From NCBI GenBank assembly GCA_963727625.1, contig CAVSHR010000011.1, positions 288,001 to 352,000 on the forward strand: DNA of 64,000 nucleotides, in the 5' to 3' direction. The translations under genes and the position numbers were made by a program. The first letter of the stretch is position 1; each line of letters opens with the position of its first letter. This document shows positions 20,419 through 31,264 of the stretch, piece by piece. Under the pieces are notes generated by a model. That model was not told the DNA's origin and searched no databases. It was given only the letters and a program-made list of their open reading frames with translations. This DNA is from an uncultured delta proteobacterium. Lineage in GTDB: Bacteria > Desulfobacterota > Binatia > UBA9968.

Positions 20419-21813
20419 GTGATGAAGAATCCAGCTTTTGAATCGGATAAGGAACGTTGGGACGCCGATAGGAATACCGGCGACGGCGCGCGCGGGCCGT
20501 TGCGGACGATGCAGGTAACCAACCCCGACGTGATCCTGCAGGATTTGCGGTTACGAATCCACCGCCGGCTGATCGATACTCTGGATCTGTCCAAGCTATC
20601 CAATTTGGAGATGGAGCGGGTTCGCGTCGAGATCCGTCGCATTCTCGAAGACTTGGTGATGGCGGAAGCGATTCCGCTGAGCCGCGCCGATCGCGATCGC
20701 CTGGTCATGGAAGTCCAGCACGAGGTATTCGGCTTGGGTCCGCTGGAAACCCTGATGAAGGACCCGGAAATTTCCGATATTTTGGTAAACTCCTCCAATC
20801 AAATCTACGTTGAACGTTACGGCAAGCTCGAAAAGACCGACGTTCGTTTCCGCGACGACGCGCATCTGATGCAGATTATCGAGCGCATCGTGACTCGGGT
20901 CGGCCGCAGAGTCGACGAAAGCTCGCCCATGGTCGACGCCCGGTTGGCCGATGGCTCGCGCGTCAACGCGATCATCCCGCCGTTGGCTTTGGATGGTCCG
21001 GTTCTTTCCATTCGGCGTTTCGGGGCCGAGCGGCTGACCATCAACGATTTGATTCAGTTCAACTCGCTGCCTCCGCAGATGGCGGAGGTCGCCTCGGCTT
21101 GCGTTAAGTCGCGTCTGAATATGATTGTCTCCGGCGGCACGGGCGCCGGCAAAACGACGCTGCTGAACTGTTTGTCGAATTATATTCCCGAGACCGAACG
21201 TATCGTGACCGTCGAAGATTCCGCCGAGTTGAAATTACAGCAGGAGCATGTGGTGCGGCTGGAAACCCGACCGCCGAACATCGAAGGCCAAGGCGCCGTG
21301 ACCGCTCGCGATTTGGTTCGAAACGCTTTGCGTATGCGGCCCGATCGGATCGTTATCGGCGAGGTCCGCGGCGGCGAAGCGCTCGACATGATGCAAGCGA
21401 TGAACACCGGTCACGACGGTTCGATCAGCACCGTCCACGCCAACAGCGCCCGCGATGCGCTTTCCCGTCTTGAGACGATGATGCTTATGGCCGGGATCAA
21501 TTTGCCGGAAAAAGCGTTGAGAGAGCAGATGGCTTCCGCCATCGACATTATCGTCCAGTTGACCCGCTTGAGCGACGGCAGCAGGAAGGTCGTGGAATTC
21601 TCCGAAGTCACGGGCATGGAAGGAAATACCATCACGACTCAAACCATCTTTAAGTTCGAGCAGCGAGGCGTTGAAAACGGCAAGATCCTCGGCGAGTTTG
21701 TCGCCACCGGCGTGATGCCGTCCTTTATGGAACGTCTGGAGCGTTACGGTTTCAAAATACCGAACACGCATTTTCTGCCGGTAGCCATCGGAGGGAAGAG
21801 AAAAGCGTTATGA
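20419..21813 (+). CDS. cpaF: Tad assembly ATPase CpaF
   Basis: [33 protein letters not shown]. Confidence 0.96.
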   Translation: MMKNPAFESDKERWDADRNTGDGARGPLRTMQVTNPDVILQDLRLRIHRRLIDTLDLSKLSNLEMERVRVEIRRILEDLVMAEAIPLSRADRDRLVMEVQHEVFGLGPLETLMKDPEISDILVNSSNQIYVERYGKLEKTDVRFRDDAHLMQIIERIVTRVGRRVDESSPMVDARLADGSRVNAIIPPLALDGPVLSIRRFGAERLTINDLIQFNSLPPQMAEVASACVKSRLNMIVSGGTGAGKTTLLNCLSNYIPETERIVTVEDSAELKLQQEHVVRLETRPPNIEGQGAVTARDLVRNALRMRPDRIVIGEVRGGEALDMMQAMNTGHDGSISTVHANSARDALSRLETMMLMAGINLPEKALREQMASAIDIIVQLTRLSDGSRKVVEFSEVTGMEGNTITTQTIFKFEQRGVENGKILGEFVATGVMPSFMERLERYGFKIPNTHFLPVAIGGKRKAL

Positions 21814-22784
21814 GTTTACTCCTCATCAGTATATTTGCCTTCCTATCGGCGGTTTCGCTGGTGGTTATTCTGTTCATGCTGCCGATGGCGGTGCAGGATA
21901 CCGCCCAGGCTAGAATCAAGCGCCGGCTCACGGCCATCGGGAGGCTTGAGTACACTTCCAGGGCGGAAATGGCGAGTATTCTCAAGACCTCGATCTATAG
22001 CGAGTTGCCATGGCTGAATAACCTGTTGTCCCAATCTAAATTGATCCACAGAATCGATTTAATGCTCGAACGGGCGAATATCGACATGACGCCCGGGATG
22101 TTTATGCTTTGTTCGCTGGGCGCATCCGGGGTGACTTTTTTCCTGGCGTCAATCATCGGTCAGCCGACGATTATGTGTTTTGTCTTCGCGTTGGTTGCTC
22201 TGGTCTGTCCGTTTCTCTACGTCCAGTTTATTATCTGGAAGCGGTTGCGAAAGTTTCTCGAGCAAATGCCCGACGGTCTCGACATGATCAGCCAGAGCCT
22301 CCAGGCCGGTTTGGGTTTGACCCAGGCGATGGTTTTTGTCGCTAAGGAGATGCCGGACCCGCTCGGAACCGAGTTTTCGGTATTCATTGAGGAGGTCAAT
22401 CTCGGTCTGCCGTTGCCGGACGCCTTGAAGAAATTCGAAGAACGGATGAGCCTGCCGGAGGTTCGTTTATTCAATACCGCGCTCATGGTGCAACGGGAAG
22501 TCGGCGGCAGCCTGGCGGAGTTGTTGACTAAATTGGCGAATATTATCCGCGACCGGTTTCGAATCGAGCGCTTGATCAAGAGCTTGACCGCGCAAAATCG
22601 AATCAGCGCCTGGACGGTGTGCTCGGTGCCGCCGTTTCTGGCAGTGTTCATGTTTATGCGCGAACCGAAAATGATGAACGAGATGCTCCAACATCCGGTG
22701 GGCCGAGGGCTTCTTGCCGCGGCATTGGTTTTGGAGGTCGTCGGAATCCTGGTATTCCGCAAGGTTATTAAGATCCATATCTAG
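21810..22784 (+). CDS. tadB: TadB platform protein
   Basis: [22 protein letters not shown], position. Confidence 0.92.
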   Translation: MSLLLISIFAFLSAVSLVVILFMLPMAVQDTAQARIKRRLTAIGRLEYTSRAEMASILKTSIYSELPWLNNLLSQSKLIHRIDLMLERANIDMTPGMFMLCSLGASGVTFFLASIIGQPTIMCFVFALVALVCPFLYVQFIIWKRLRKFLEQMPDGLDMISQSLQAGLGLTQAMVFVAKEMPDPLGTEFSVFIEEVNLGLPLPDALKKFEERMSLPEVRLFNTALMVQREVGGSLAELLTKLANIIRDRFRIERLIKSLTAQNRISAWTVCSVPPFLAVFMFMREPKMMNEMLQHPVGRGLLAAALVLEVVGILVFRKVIKIHI

Positions 22785-22793
22785 GAGATTTGA

Positions 22794-23723
22794 ATGGAAC
22801 TTTTAATTGCGGTTGGATTCTTCGGGGTGGTTTCGGCCATCATTTATTTTTTCGTTGCTTCCAAAGCCCCGGTTGCCGAGGACGCCATTCAGCAACGCTT
22901 GCAAAACATCGGCATTCAAACTGAGCCAAGAAGCCAGATTCTTCTCCACCAAGATGAAGAGACGACGTTTTGGGAGCGCGTCGCCAATTTCTTTTTCGGC
23001 GATCGTGAGTTGCCCGAACGCTTCAATATGATCAGCCGGCGGTTGCACCAAGCGGGTTATCGCGGCAACCGCGCCGTGCGCATCTTTTGGGGGCTGAGAA
23101 TCTTTCTTTGCCTCGCCTTCGCCTTTGCCGGACTATTCGTCTCGCTGACCTCGGGGGCGGCGATGAGCGATTTGTTGCTGCTCACGGTCGTCGGCGCGGC
23201 GGTCGGCTATATGCTGCCGTTTCTAACGGTCTTTCGTAAGTCCCGCGCGCGAGTGCTGGCCATGCGCGAGACCTTGCCTGACACGCTTGATCTGATCGTG
23301 GTCTGCGTCGAAGCGGGGATGGGCATCGACTCCGCTTTAAACCGCGTCGGTAAGGAACAAAACGAGCAGAAACTCGCGTTGGGCGAAGAATTGGTTTTAG
23401 CCTCGCAGGAGATGCAGGCGGGAGCGGCGCGCAAGGAAGCGTTGCTTCGGTTGGCGGATCGCGTCGGGATCGAGGAGTTTCAAGCGCTGGTGACGTTTTT
23501 GACGCAAACCGAAGAAATGGGCGGCAGCATCGCGCGTTCGCTGCGCGTCTATGCCGAGACCATGCGCGATAAGCGCAGCCAAGCCGCCGAAGAGGCGGCG
23601 CGCAAGACCGTCATCAAGCTGATCTTCCCGTTGGTGTTTTTTATTCTCCCGGCCATTTTTATAATTCTGCTCGGACCTCCGGGCTTGTCTATCATGAAGA
23701 TGCTTTCGGATCCGTTGCATTAG
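22794..23723 (+). CDS. tadC: TadC platform protein
   Basis: LPDTLDLIVVCVEAG, AEEAARK..KLIFPLVFFILP. Confidence 0.92.
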   Translation: MELLIAVGFFGVVSAIIYFFVASKAPVAEDAIQQRLQNIGIQTEPRSQILLHQDEETTFWERVANFFFGDRELPERFNMISRRLHQAGYRGNRAVRIFWGLRIFLCLAFAFAGLFVSLTSGAAMSDLLLLTVVGAAVGYMLPFLTVFRKSRARVLAMRETLPDTLDLIVVCVEAGMGIDSALNRVGKEQNEQKLALGEELVLASQEMQAGAARKEALLRLADRVGIEEFQALVTFLTQTEEMGGSIARSLRVYAETMRDKRSQAAEEAARKTVIKLIFPLVFFILPAIFIILLGPPGLSIMKMLSDPLH

Positions 23724-23735
23724 GGAGTCAATGCC

Positions 23736-24134
23736 GTGCCGGTCATAAATTTAACCAAACAGACTTGGCTCGCCACCAAGGTGCGCAAGGCGGATAACTT
23801 CATGACCCGGCTGGTCGGTTTGCTCAAAAGAACCACTCTCGGACCGGAAGAAGCCCTGTGGCTGTTGCCGAGCAAGGGGATTCATACGATCGGCATGAAG
23901 TTTCCCATCGACGTGGTGTTCCTAAACAAAAATTATCTGGTCATCGGATTGATCGCCGGCATGGCGCCGAATCGTCTGAGCTCCATTCACTTGCGCGGTT
24001 ATAGCGTGCTCGAGTTGCGCACCGGGACGCTCAAGAAATCGCGCACGGAGATAGGCGATCAATTAGAAATATCGTTAGCGGAAGTTTCGGAGATGGACGA
24101 CTTGAGGGACAACCGCTTGAGTCACATCGGTTAG
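23736..24134 (+). CDS. DUF192 protein
   Basis: ADNFMTRLVGLL, IHTIGMKFPIDVVFL, VLEL. Confidence 0.88.
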   Translation: MPVINLTKQTWLATKVRKADNFMTRLVGLLKRTTLGPEEALWLLPSKGIHTIGMKFPIDVVFLNKNYLVIGLIAGMAPNRLSSIHLRGYSVLELRTGTLKKSRTEIGDQLEISLAEVSEMDDLRDNRLSHIG

Positions 24135-24185
24135 TTTGTTAGTTCGTTAAGGAGGACGGTTTCACTTCGTATTTGCTGTTTTGAG

Positions 24186-24710
24186 GTGAAGACCATGAAA
24201 AACAATTTCCTAAAATGCCTTGCTACTCGCAAATGCTCCCGTGTTTTGCAGTCTTTCCTGTCACGCTCCAAGAGTAATGGGCAGGCGCTCGTCGAATTTA
24301 CTCTCGTCTTCCTTCTGCTTCTGGTTATCATTTGGATCCCGGCTGATTTCGGACTGGCTTTTATGACGGGCCAACTCGCCTCGAACGCGGCCCGAGAGGG
24401 CGCTCGAATCGGTTCGGCTAGCCCAACTTTCACTGCGGCCACTATTGAAGCAGAGACTTGCAAGAGGCTGCCGTCTGCGTTGTTGAGCGATCCTGGGGCT
24501 TCGGGTGGACTTGTGTCTTGTTCTCCATATTCCAACGCCAGAGTTCTTGCTTCGTTGGTTGGCAGCGGGTGCAACCAGACGGTCCAGGTTACGGTGAAGG
24601 GAAGCTACAATTACTTTTTCTATCAGCTTTTGCGCTTCATGGGTATGTCCATTGGGAATAGTGAGACGATTACGCGACAGGCCGAGATGCGTTGGGAGCA
24701 TCAGTGCTAG
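24186..24710 (+). CDS. tadE: TadE-like minor pilin
   Basis: GQALVEF, NAAREGAR. Confidence 0.88.
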   Translation: MKTMKNNFLKCLATRKCSRVLQSFLSRSKSNGQALVEFTLVFLLLLVIIWIPADFGLAFMTGQLASNAAREGARIGSASPTFTAATIEAETCKRLPSALLSDPGASGGLVSCSPYSNARVLASLVGSGCNQTVQVTVKGSYNYFFYQLLRFMGMSIGNSETITRQAEMRWEHQC

Positions 24711-24734
24711 TTCGGGTTCCGTACCGAGGTTGAT

Positions 24735-25217
24735 ATGCGCTCGATACTAAATTGCAAAGGGCAGAGCATCGTCGAGATTACCCTCATCACGCCGCTACTT
24801 TTGGTCGCGTTGTATGTTCCGTTTGATTTCGGAATGACGATCTTTACCGGTCATATCACTCAAAGCGCGGTGCGTGACGGCGCGCGAATCGCTGCGAACA
24901 CTGATGAGATGGATGCTAGCAAGGCCGGTAACTTGGCAAGCCAGGTTTACAATAATTTGCCTCAACTGCTGGTAGACGGGTCTACGACAAAGCAAGTTAC
25001 GGTAAATTATTATGCGCCTGGGACCGCTGGTTGCGCGCAATATGTTGAAGTTAGGGCCCAGGGAACTTATAATTTTTTTCTCTATCGGCTGATCGCGTTG
25101 TTGGGTTTTTCAGCCCCGAGTGGAACTCCAATCACCCGGACAACACAAATGCGTTATGAATTCCAGCCCGATATTAATGGCGGGACCGGCGCTACAACGT
25201 CGTTTGTGGAACGTTAA
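24735..25217 (+). CDS. tadE: TadE-like minor pilin
   Basis: GQSIVEI, SAVRDGAR. Confidence 0.88.
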   Translation: MRSILNCKGQSIVEITLITPLLLVALYVPFDFGMTIFTGHITQSAVRDGARIAANTDEMDASKAGNLASQVYNNLPQLLVDGSTTKQVTVNYYAPGTAGCAQYVEVRAQGTYNFFLYRLIALLGFSAPSGTPITRTTQMRYEFQPDINGGTGATTSFVER

Positions 25218-25267
25218 CCGCCAGCGGCACGTATCCATCGCCATAGCTCGGTAATTGCGGAGGCCTC

Positions 25268-26279
25268 ATGCATACTGCAAGAAACGAACGCGGGTCGGTC
25301 ATCGTATTTGTGACGTTAATGATCGTCGTTCTTTTGATCATGGTTGGTCTTGGCTTGGACACAGGTCAAATGACCTATGTCCGAAATCAGGGGCAGGCTG
25401 CGGTGGATGCTGCCGCGTTAACGGCAGTGTCGGCATTGCCATCTAGGGATGATCTCCAGGTTAAAAGTCGAGCCGCCGGATTCAATTCGACCAATAACTA
25501 CGTCGAGAGCCCTACGAACTCGATCGGAAGCAATCACGTCAGCTACGTCCAATACGATTTCACCACTGATACGATCACTAACTATGCTGCAACCGTCAAC
25601 AACGCGAACGGGGTGAGAGTTGCTTTGGAGGGTGCAAGATGCGATAACAACGCCGGTCTTTTTGACTCCGATGCTCAATTTACTCGGTATATCGACCGGC
25701 GCGACCCAGGAGGTCAACGTTAGCGCGGTTGCGACAATAACGGCAAAGCCGGCAATCCCGATCGCGTTGTGGTCAAACCAGTGCGATGGAAGCAATACCG
25801 TACCCGACGTTAAAATAAAGATGCAACACCCCAGTCAGAAGGATGATGACGGTGGCGAGAATTCCTGTTGGACGACATTTCTCGATTGTTCCTCGGGTGC
25901 ACCGGACATCAAGGCAGGGTTTCAGGTTGCCGGAAGCTGTACGGGTAGCAGGATAGACGGGGATCTCAACATTGGCACGCCCATTTGCCAAAATAGAGGC
26001 CAAGTGAACACCGTCATAGACACCGCCGAGAAGTTCTTTGATGCGAACCCTGGACAACCCTGTTGGATCATTCCGGTTATAGGGGGTGGAGGCAACTGTG
26101 ATCCGACTAACCCGACGAATATCGTGGACTTTGCTAAAATTTGCCCGACCTCGATTTATAAAAACGGGGCTCACAGCTACATCCAGGCCGATGTAACTTG
26201 CAACCAATCACTCGCGGACCTTGATAGTAGTTTGTGTTTTTCTCACAGGCTGGTGCGGGAGCCCACCAAGGGTTATTGA
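25268..26279 (+). pseudogene. tadG: TadG-like Cys-rich minor pilin split by a +1 frameshift near 25637
   Basis: ERGSVIVF..DTG..QAAVDAAAL N-terminus; continues as ITTPVFLTPML..VSAVA in ORF 25620-26279; may be an assembly error. Confidence 0.8.
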
Positions 26280-26328
26280 CCGGCCGACCGCGCCTCAGTT
26301 TCTATCGATTTTCTGACCCAATAAACGG

Positions 26329-26378
26329 CGGCGGAGCGGCTGACAGCTTTTGGTGGCGGCCACTCCGCCGGTTTTTTT
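26329..26378 (+). terminator. Intrinsic terminator at end of tad operon
   Basis: CGGCGGAGCGGC...GGCCACTCCGCCG followed by T8. Confidence 0.7.
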
Positions 26379-26393
26379 TGATAAAGTAGGTTC

Positions 26394-27413
26394 ATGCACA
26401 GGATTCCAATTGTTTTTCTGCTCGGCCTGTCAATTGGGCTGGGATGGAGTTGTCGCCCCCGGAATGATGCTTCGGAAAAGCTCGCTGAGGTTGACGGTAC
26501 GGTAATAACACAAGCGGAAATCGATAAGTCAGCCGGAAAACAACTTCAAGGCCTACGCCAGCAACTCTACCAGCTAGAACGGCAAAAGCTCGAAGAATAC
26601 ATCGGTGCAACGCTTCTCACGAAAGCAGCCAAGGAGCGCGGTGTCTCGGTGGCCACGGTTCTAGACCAGGAAGTTAACAAGAAAGTTTCGCCGGTTTCGG
26701 AAGACGAGATCAAAAGTTTTTACGAGAAGAACAAAGAGCGCATCCGGGTCGAGCTTGACAAAGTTCATGATCAAATTGCCGAATACCTGCGTCAACAGAG
26801 AATTGCCGAACGAAAGAGCGAATATTTTAAAACTCTTCGGGCCAAAGCGACAATCACGACGTATCTAAAGCCGCCGCCCATTCGACGAGTCGATGTGCTG
26901 ATCAAGGGCGCACCGTCGAAGGGCGACGTACGAGCGCCGGTCAAGATCGTCAAGTTCGAAGACTTCCAATGTCCGTTTTGCAAGGCGGTGCAGCCGACGC
27001 TCGCTGAATTAATGAAAAAATACGAAGGAAAAGTCCGGATTTTTCACAAGGACCTGCCGCTCAACGAGATACATCCGAAAGCGGAGCTGGCCGCGGAGGC
27101 GGCGCGCTGCGCGGGGGATCAGGGGAAGTACTGGCAGTATCATGACACTCTCTACACAAATGCGCCCAAGTTAAGCCCGGCGGATTTGAAGGCCTACGCC
27201 AAAGAAGCGGGTCTCGATACGCCGTCTTTCGATCAGTGTTTGGAAAGTGGAAAACATAAAGCCGGCGTGCAGCAAGACCTGAAGGAGGGCGCGAAGCTGG
27301 GCCTGACGGGCACACCGTCGTTCTTCATCAACGGCCGGGAGATTTCCGGGGCGCAGCCTTTGGAAAAGTTTTCTGCAATCGTCGACGACGAGCTGGCCAG
27401 GGCGGGGCAGTAA
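26394..27413 (+). CDS. DsbA-family thioredoxin lipoprotein with SurA-like N-terminal region
   Basis: LGWSC lipobox; FEDFQCPFC; GTPSFFING. Confidence 0.9.
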   Translation: MHRIPIVFLLGLSIGLGWSCRPRNDASEKLAEVDGTVITQAEIDKSAGKQLQGLRQQLYQLERQKLEEYIGATLLTKAAKERGVSVATVLDQEVNKKVSPVSEDEIKSFYEKNKERIRVELDKVHDQIAEYLRQQRIAERKSEYFKTLRAKATITTYLKPPPIRRVDVLIKGAPSKGDVRAPVKIVKFEDFQCPFCKAVQPTLAELMKKYEGKVRIFHKDLPLNEIHPKAELAAEAARCAGDQGKYWQYHDTLYTNAPKLSPADLKAYAKEAGLDTPSFDQCLESGKHKAGVQQDLKEGAKLGLTGTPSFFINGREISGAQPLEKFSAIVDDELARAGQ

Positions 27414-27745
27414 AATGGGCAGGGGGACAGAGCGCATAGAGCAAAGGGCATAGGGCATAAAGAAGCGGGCAGCTAGCAGCCGGCAGCGGGTAGGGAGAGA
27501 GCGAGAGCATGGCGCGGTGCTCTTAAACCCCTGCGCTGTGCCCTCTGTCTTACGCGCTTTGCCATGATTGACCGGAGACCGGTGACGGATGACCGGTGAT
27601 ACGCTTTACGCCATACCTTCAGCGCACGGCCTGCTGCCTTCTGCGCTTTGCTCCATGCTCTTTGCTCTCTATCCTATGCCCTTAGCCCTTTGCTTGCTGC
27701 TCTAGCTGCCTTGCTGCCCACTGCCCTATGCGCCATGCCCTTCGC
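27414..27745. repeat. Degenerate 7-mer repeat array with inverted halves
   Basis: GCATAGA/GCAAAGG/GCATAGG units then complementary CTATGCC/CTTTGCT units; GACCGG units at 27570-27600. Confidence 0.8.
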
Positions 27746-29353
27746 TCCCTGCGCCCTGGGCGCTTCGCTGTTTTGACCGCGGCCCTGGGCTTGCTGTTCG
27801 CCGTGGGTGCGTTCTTCGGGGCAAATAAGCAGATTCTCGGGTTGTTTCACGACGACGGCGTCTACACCGTCGTCGCCAAAGCCTTATACCAAGGCGAGGG
27901 CTATCGGATCATCAGCCTGCCGTCGTCGCCGCCCCAAACCAAGTATCCGTTTCTCTATTCCTATCTCCTCTCTTGGCTCTGGGCGCTCGATCCGGTCTTT
28001 CCGCGGAACATCGCCCTCCTGAAGGCATTGAACTGCGCCATCTTGGGGGCCATTTTCGTCTTGAGCGTGGGGTTTTACCGGCGCTATTTTTCCGCGGCGA
28101 AATTCGCCGCGCTGGTTTTCGCCGTGCTGGTTTGCGCCAATCCGATCGTTTTTACCTTTACCGATTACGTGGTGAGCGATCTGTTGTTCGTCCTGCTCGC
28201 GCTCGCTGCGCTCGCGTTGTATAGCGGCTCGGTGAGTTCGACCTCGCGTGCGAGATTATCGCTCACGGCGGCGCTTACCGGCCTCGCCTGCGTCACCCGG
28301 CTTGCCGCCGCGCCGCTGGCGCTGGCCGGCGCGACCGGCAGCTTCATCGAGCGCGGCTGGCGCGGCGCGCTCTATTTTTGCTGCGGCGTGGCGCTGTTCA
28401 TCGGGCCGTGGTTTTTGTGGGTATATTTCCATATCGATCATTTGACCAATCCGCTTTTTGACTATTACCGGGCCTATGACTTTTCCAGCGCGGCGAAAAG
28501 CCAGATCGGCGAGTGGTTTGCCGGCCACTGGTTGGTAGTGGCGGGGAATGCCCGCTATTTCTTCGACAGTTTCGATTTGCTCTATCTGCTGCCGCTGATG
28601 CCCTGGCTGGCGCCGTTGGTCGGCGCGCTGACTCTGGTCGGCGTGTTCGTTTCGATGCGCCGGGAAGAGCTTTTCCTCTGGAGTTTTTTTCTCGCGTCGT
28701 TGGCCCTGCTGCTCCTTTGGCCGTTTCATCCGGGCCGGTATGTGGCACCGCTGGTGCCGTTGTTGGGATTGTTTCTGTTTCGCGGCATCGACGCGCTGGA
28801 GCGCTGGATTCGGACCTGGGGTGGCGAAGGATCGATGGCCCAGGTGGCCGCCAAGCTCGCCTGGTGTCCGGTATTGCTGATTCTCGTCCTCGATGGCGTG
28901 TGGCTGTCGAGTTATTTCCTGCTTCGCGACGAGCAAACCAGCCGCGGACTGTACGGCAGACGGTTGCCCTACGGCTGGCGCGGCTTTGAGGAGAGTTTTG
29001 CCTGGCTTCGCGCAAATACGAAATCCGACGCGCTGCTGGCGACGGCGTACGATCCGATGTACTTCCTCTACACCGGCCGGCAGGCGATTCGCCCGGCGCT
29101 GCATCGCTCTGGAAGCTATTTTTATCCCTACGGCGAAGCGAGACCCGACGTCGGCTCGGCGGCGGAGATCAAAAGCGCTCTGGAAGCATTACGCGTGGAC
29201 TATCTCATCATCGATCCGCTGGACGGTTACGCGGAAGGGCAGGCGACATTAACCATGCTCGACGAATTGGTGGCATCCTACGGCGACAAGGTCAAGATCG
29301 TGTTTACCAGCAGCGACGGCAAACATCGGATCTACGCGTTGGCGCGGAAGTAA
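27728..29353 (+). CDS. ArnT/PMT-like (GT-C) polytopic membrane glycosyltransferase
   Basis: FHDDGVY acidic loop motif, KYPFLYS, VSDLLF, GRYVAPL; many TMs; start uncertain. Confidence 0.7.
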   Translation: MRHALRSLRPGRFAVLTAALGLLFAVGAFFGANKQILGLFHDDGVYTVVAKALYQGEGYRIISLPSSPPQTKYPFLYSYLLSWLWALDPVFPRNIALLKALNCAILGAIFVLSVGFYRRYFSAAKFAALVFAVLVCANPIVFTFTDYVVSDLLFVLLALAALALYSGSVSSTSRARLSLTAALTGLACVTRLAAAPLALAGATGSFIERGWRGALYFCCGVALFIGPWFLWVYFHIDHLTNPLFDYYRAYDFSSAAKSQIGEWFAGHWLVVAGNARYFFDSFDLLYLLPLMPWLAPLVGALTLVGVFVSMRREELFLWSFFLASLALLLLWPFHPGRYVAPLVPLLGLFLFRGIDALERWIRTWGGEGSMAQVAAKLAWCPVLLILVLDGVWLSSYFLLRDEQTSRGLYGRRLPYGWRGFEESFAWLRANTKSDALLATAYDPMYFLYTGRQAIRPALHRSGSYFYPYGEARPDVGSAAEIKSALEALRVDYLIIDPLDGYAEGQATLTMLDELVASYGDKVKIVFTSSDGKHRIYALARK

Positions 29354-29614
29354 AATTGCTCGGAGCAGGGGGGCGAAGAGGGTAAAACCGAGAGCGGTGA
29401 GGCAATGCCAAGTCGATTTCGCCACAGGAGGCGGAGAGTACGCAGAGGTTTATTCTTTTTGCGGATTACTGCCAGCTGCTCTCGACGCTCGGCTCTTTGC
29501 GCCATGCCCTATGCTCTTTCCAGACTGCCAGCTGCCTGCCGCTCTGTGTTCTCAGCGCTCAGCATTCAGCTCTTAGCCATCAGCTCTCCGCGCCACGCCC
29601 CATGCCCGCTGCTG

Positions 29615-31081
29615 CTAGCTGGCTTTGTCGTCCGGCGGGATGATGAGCTTCATGCCGATAAAGATATAGTTAGGGTTTTTGACCTGTTCTTTATTGGCCT
29701 CGTAGATCTTTTCCCACTTGTACGGTGAGTCGTAAAACCGCTGGGCCAAGCGCGACAGGGTGTCGCCGGCCTTCACTGAGTATTGCTGCGGTGCGACCTT
29801 TTCGCTTTTCGCGCTAACCGCGGTCGCGGAAGTTTTGATCGGAGCGGGCGGCGGCTGTTTGGCCACCGGATGAATCTTTGCTTCGGCCAGCTCCGACTTG
29901 GCTTTCACTTCCCCTGCCGGGGCGCTGGCAATCTCGGCAGGCGCCGCCGCCGCGGGTTCCGCCTTCGGCGCTGGCTTGGCCACCGGCGCGGCCGCTAGCG
30001 ATCGCGCTTTTGGCGCGGTCTGGGCGAGCGCAGGGGTCTTGTAGAGCCGATCGATGAAGCCCGAGCTATCGAGCTCTTTGATGATGCTCATGTCGACAAA
30101 CTGTTCGGGCCGGGCCGAGCGAGCGGCGGCATCCTTCGCGCCCATTTCACGCAAGATAATTTGAATGCCCTTCTGCGTCGGGTAGGGCTTTTCGGGGACC
30201 AGCGTCACGATGATCGATTCGTAGGTGTCCTCAAGCATTTCTCTATCGTCGGTGCGCAGATATTTGGCGAGCACGTCGATGGTTTCCTTGCGATGGGTCT
30301 TGGCGTAGTGGATGCCTTCAACGTAGGCTTGCATGAATTCTCGCGCCAATTGCGGCTTCGATCTGAGCAAGGCTTTGGTGGTGGCGATGCTGGTGTGCTG
30401 ATATTCCAAGCCGAGCATTTGCAGATCGGCGAGCATGGGGAAGCCGAGTTTTTTCGCTCTGAGCGAGGTCGGCAACGAAAGCATCGCGCCTTGGATCTTG
30501 CCCGCCTCGAGCGCCGCGAGCAGCGCCGGCACATTGCCCAATTGGAGGATCGCCACCTCCTTGTTGGCGTCCAGTCCGTATTTATCGAGGGCGTAGCGCA
30601 TGGCGAAGTCGGTCGCCGAGCCGTAGCGCGTGACGCCCACGGTTTTTCCCTTGAACTGATCGGGCCGAGCGATGCTTTTGTCGGTGTAAAGCTGAAAAGT
30701 CAAAGTGTTCACCACACCGGCGATCATCACGGCGTCGGAGCCCCGCAGGCTGCTTTGGATCACCGCCGGGCCGGCCAATTGCGCGAAGGCGAGATCGCCG
30801 GCAACCAAGGATTGCGCGGTGGTCGTGCCCGACTCGATCAAGACCACTTGAACGTCCAGGCCATGTTTGCGAAACAAGCCTTTTTCCTGAGTCACCCACA
30901 GGGGTGCCATGTTGCCGGAGATCGAGCTGTAAGCGACGTTGATTTTTTGCAAAGGACGGTCGGCGCCAACCGCCGGCGACTGGGGGAGGATCGGGGCATA
31001 GAGCAGGGCGAGCAGGGCCAAGGCCCGTCCGAGCAGGTCAATGACCGGTCGCTTTAGCGCGGAAATTAGATTGGCTCTCAT
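29615..31081 (-). CDS. NMT1/SsuA-type solute-binding protein fused to Pro/Ala linker and C-terminal LysM
   Basis: PLWVTQEKGLFRKHGLDV, KGKTVGVTRYGS; YSVKAGDTLSRLA..IYEAN..NPNYIFIGMKLIIP. Confidence 0.85.
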   Translation of the reverse strand: MRANLISALKRPVIDLLGRALALLALLYAPILPQSPAVGADRPLQKINVAYSSISGNMAPLWVTQEKGLFRKHGLDVQVVLIESGTTTAQSLVAGDLAFAQLAGPAVIQSSLRGSDAVMIAGVVNTLTFQLYTDKSIARPDQFKGKTVGVTRYGSATDFAMRYALDKYGLDANKEVAILQLGNVPALLAALEAGKIQGAMLSLPTSLRAKKLGFPMLADLQMLGLEYQHTSIATTKALLRSKPQLAREFMQAYVEGIHYAKTHRKETIDVLAKYLRTDDREMLEDTYESIIVTLVPEKPYPTQKGIQIILREMGAKDAAARSARPEQFVDMSIIKELDSSGFIDRLYKTPALAQTAPKARSLAAAPVAKPAPKAEPAAAAPAEIASAPAGEVKAKSELAEAKIHPVAKQPPPAPIKTSATAVSAKSEKVAPQQYSVKAGDTLSRLAQRFYDSPYKWEKIYEANKEQVKNPNYIFIGMKLIIPPDDKAS

Positions 31082-31264
31082 GGGATTCTCCTTGTGATCG
31101 TTACCTTGGCTCTCAGCCGTCAGGTATCAGCGTTCAATGTTTGTGTTTTGGACTACAGGACCACGGTTCTGCCAGCTGCCCTCTGCTCTTTGCCTTCCGC
31201 CGCCTGCCAGCTGCAACCTGCCTGTTGCCTGCTCTGCACCCTTAGCCCTACGCCCTTTGCATTT

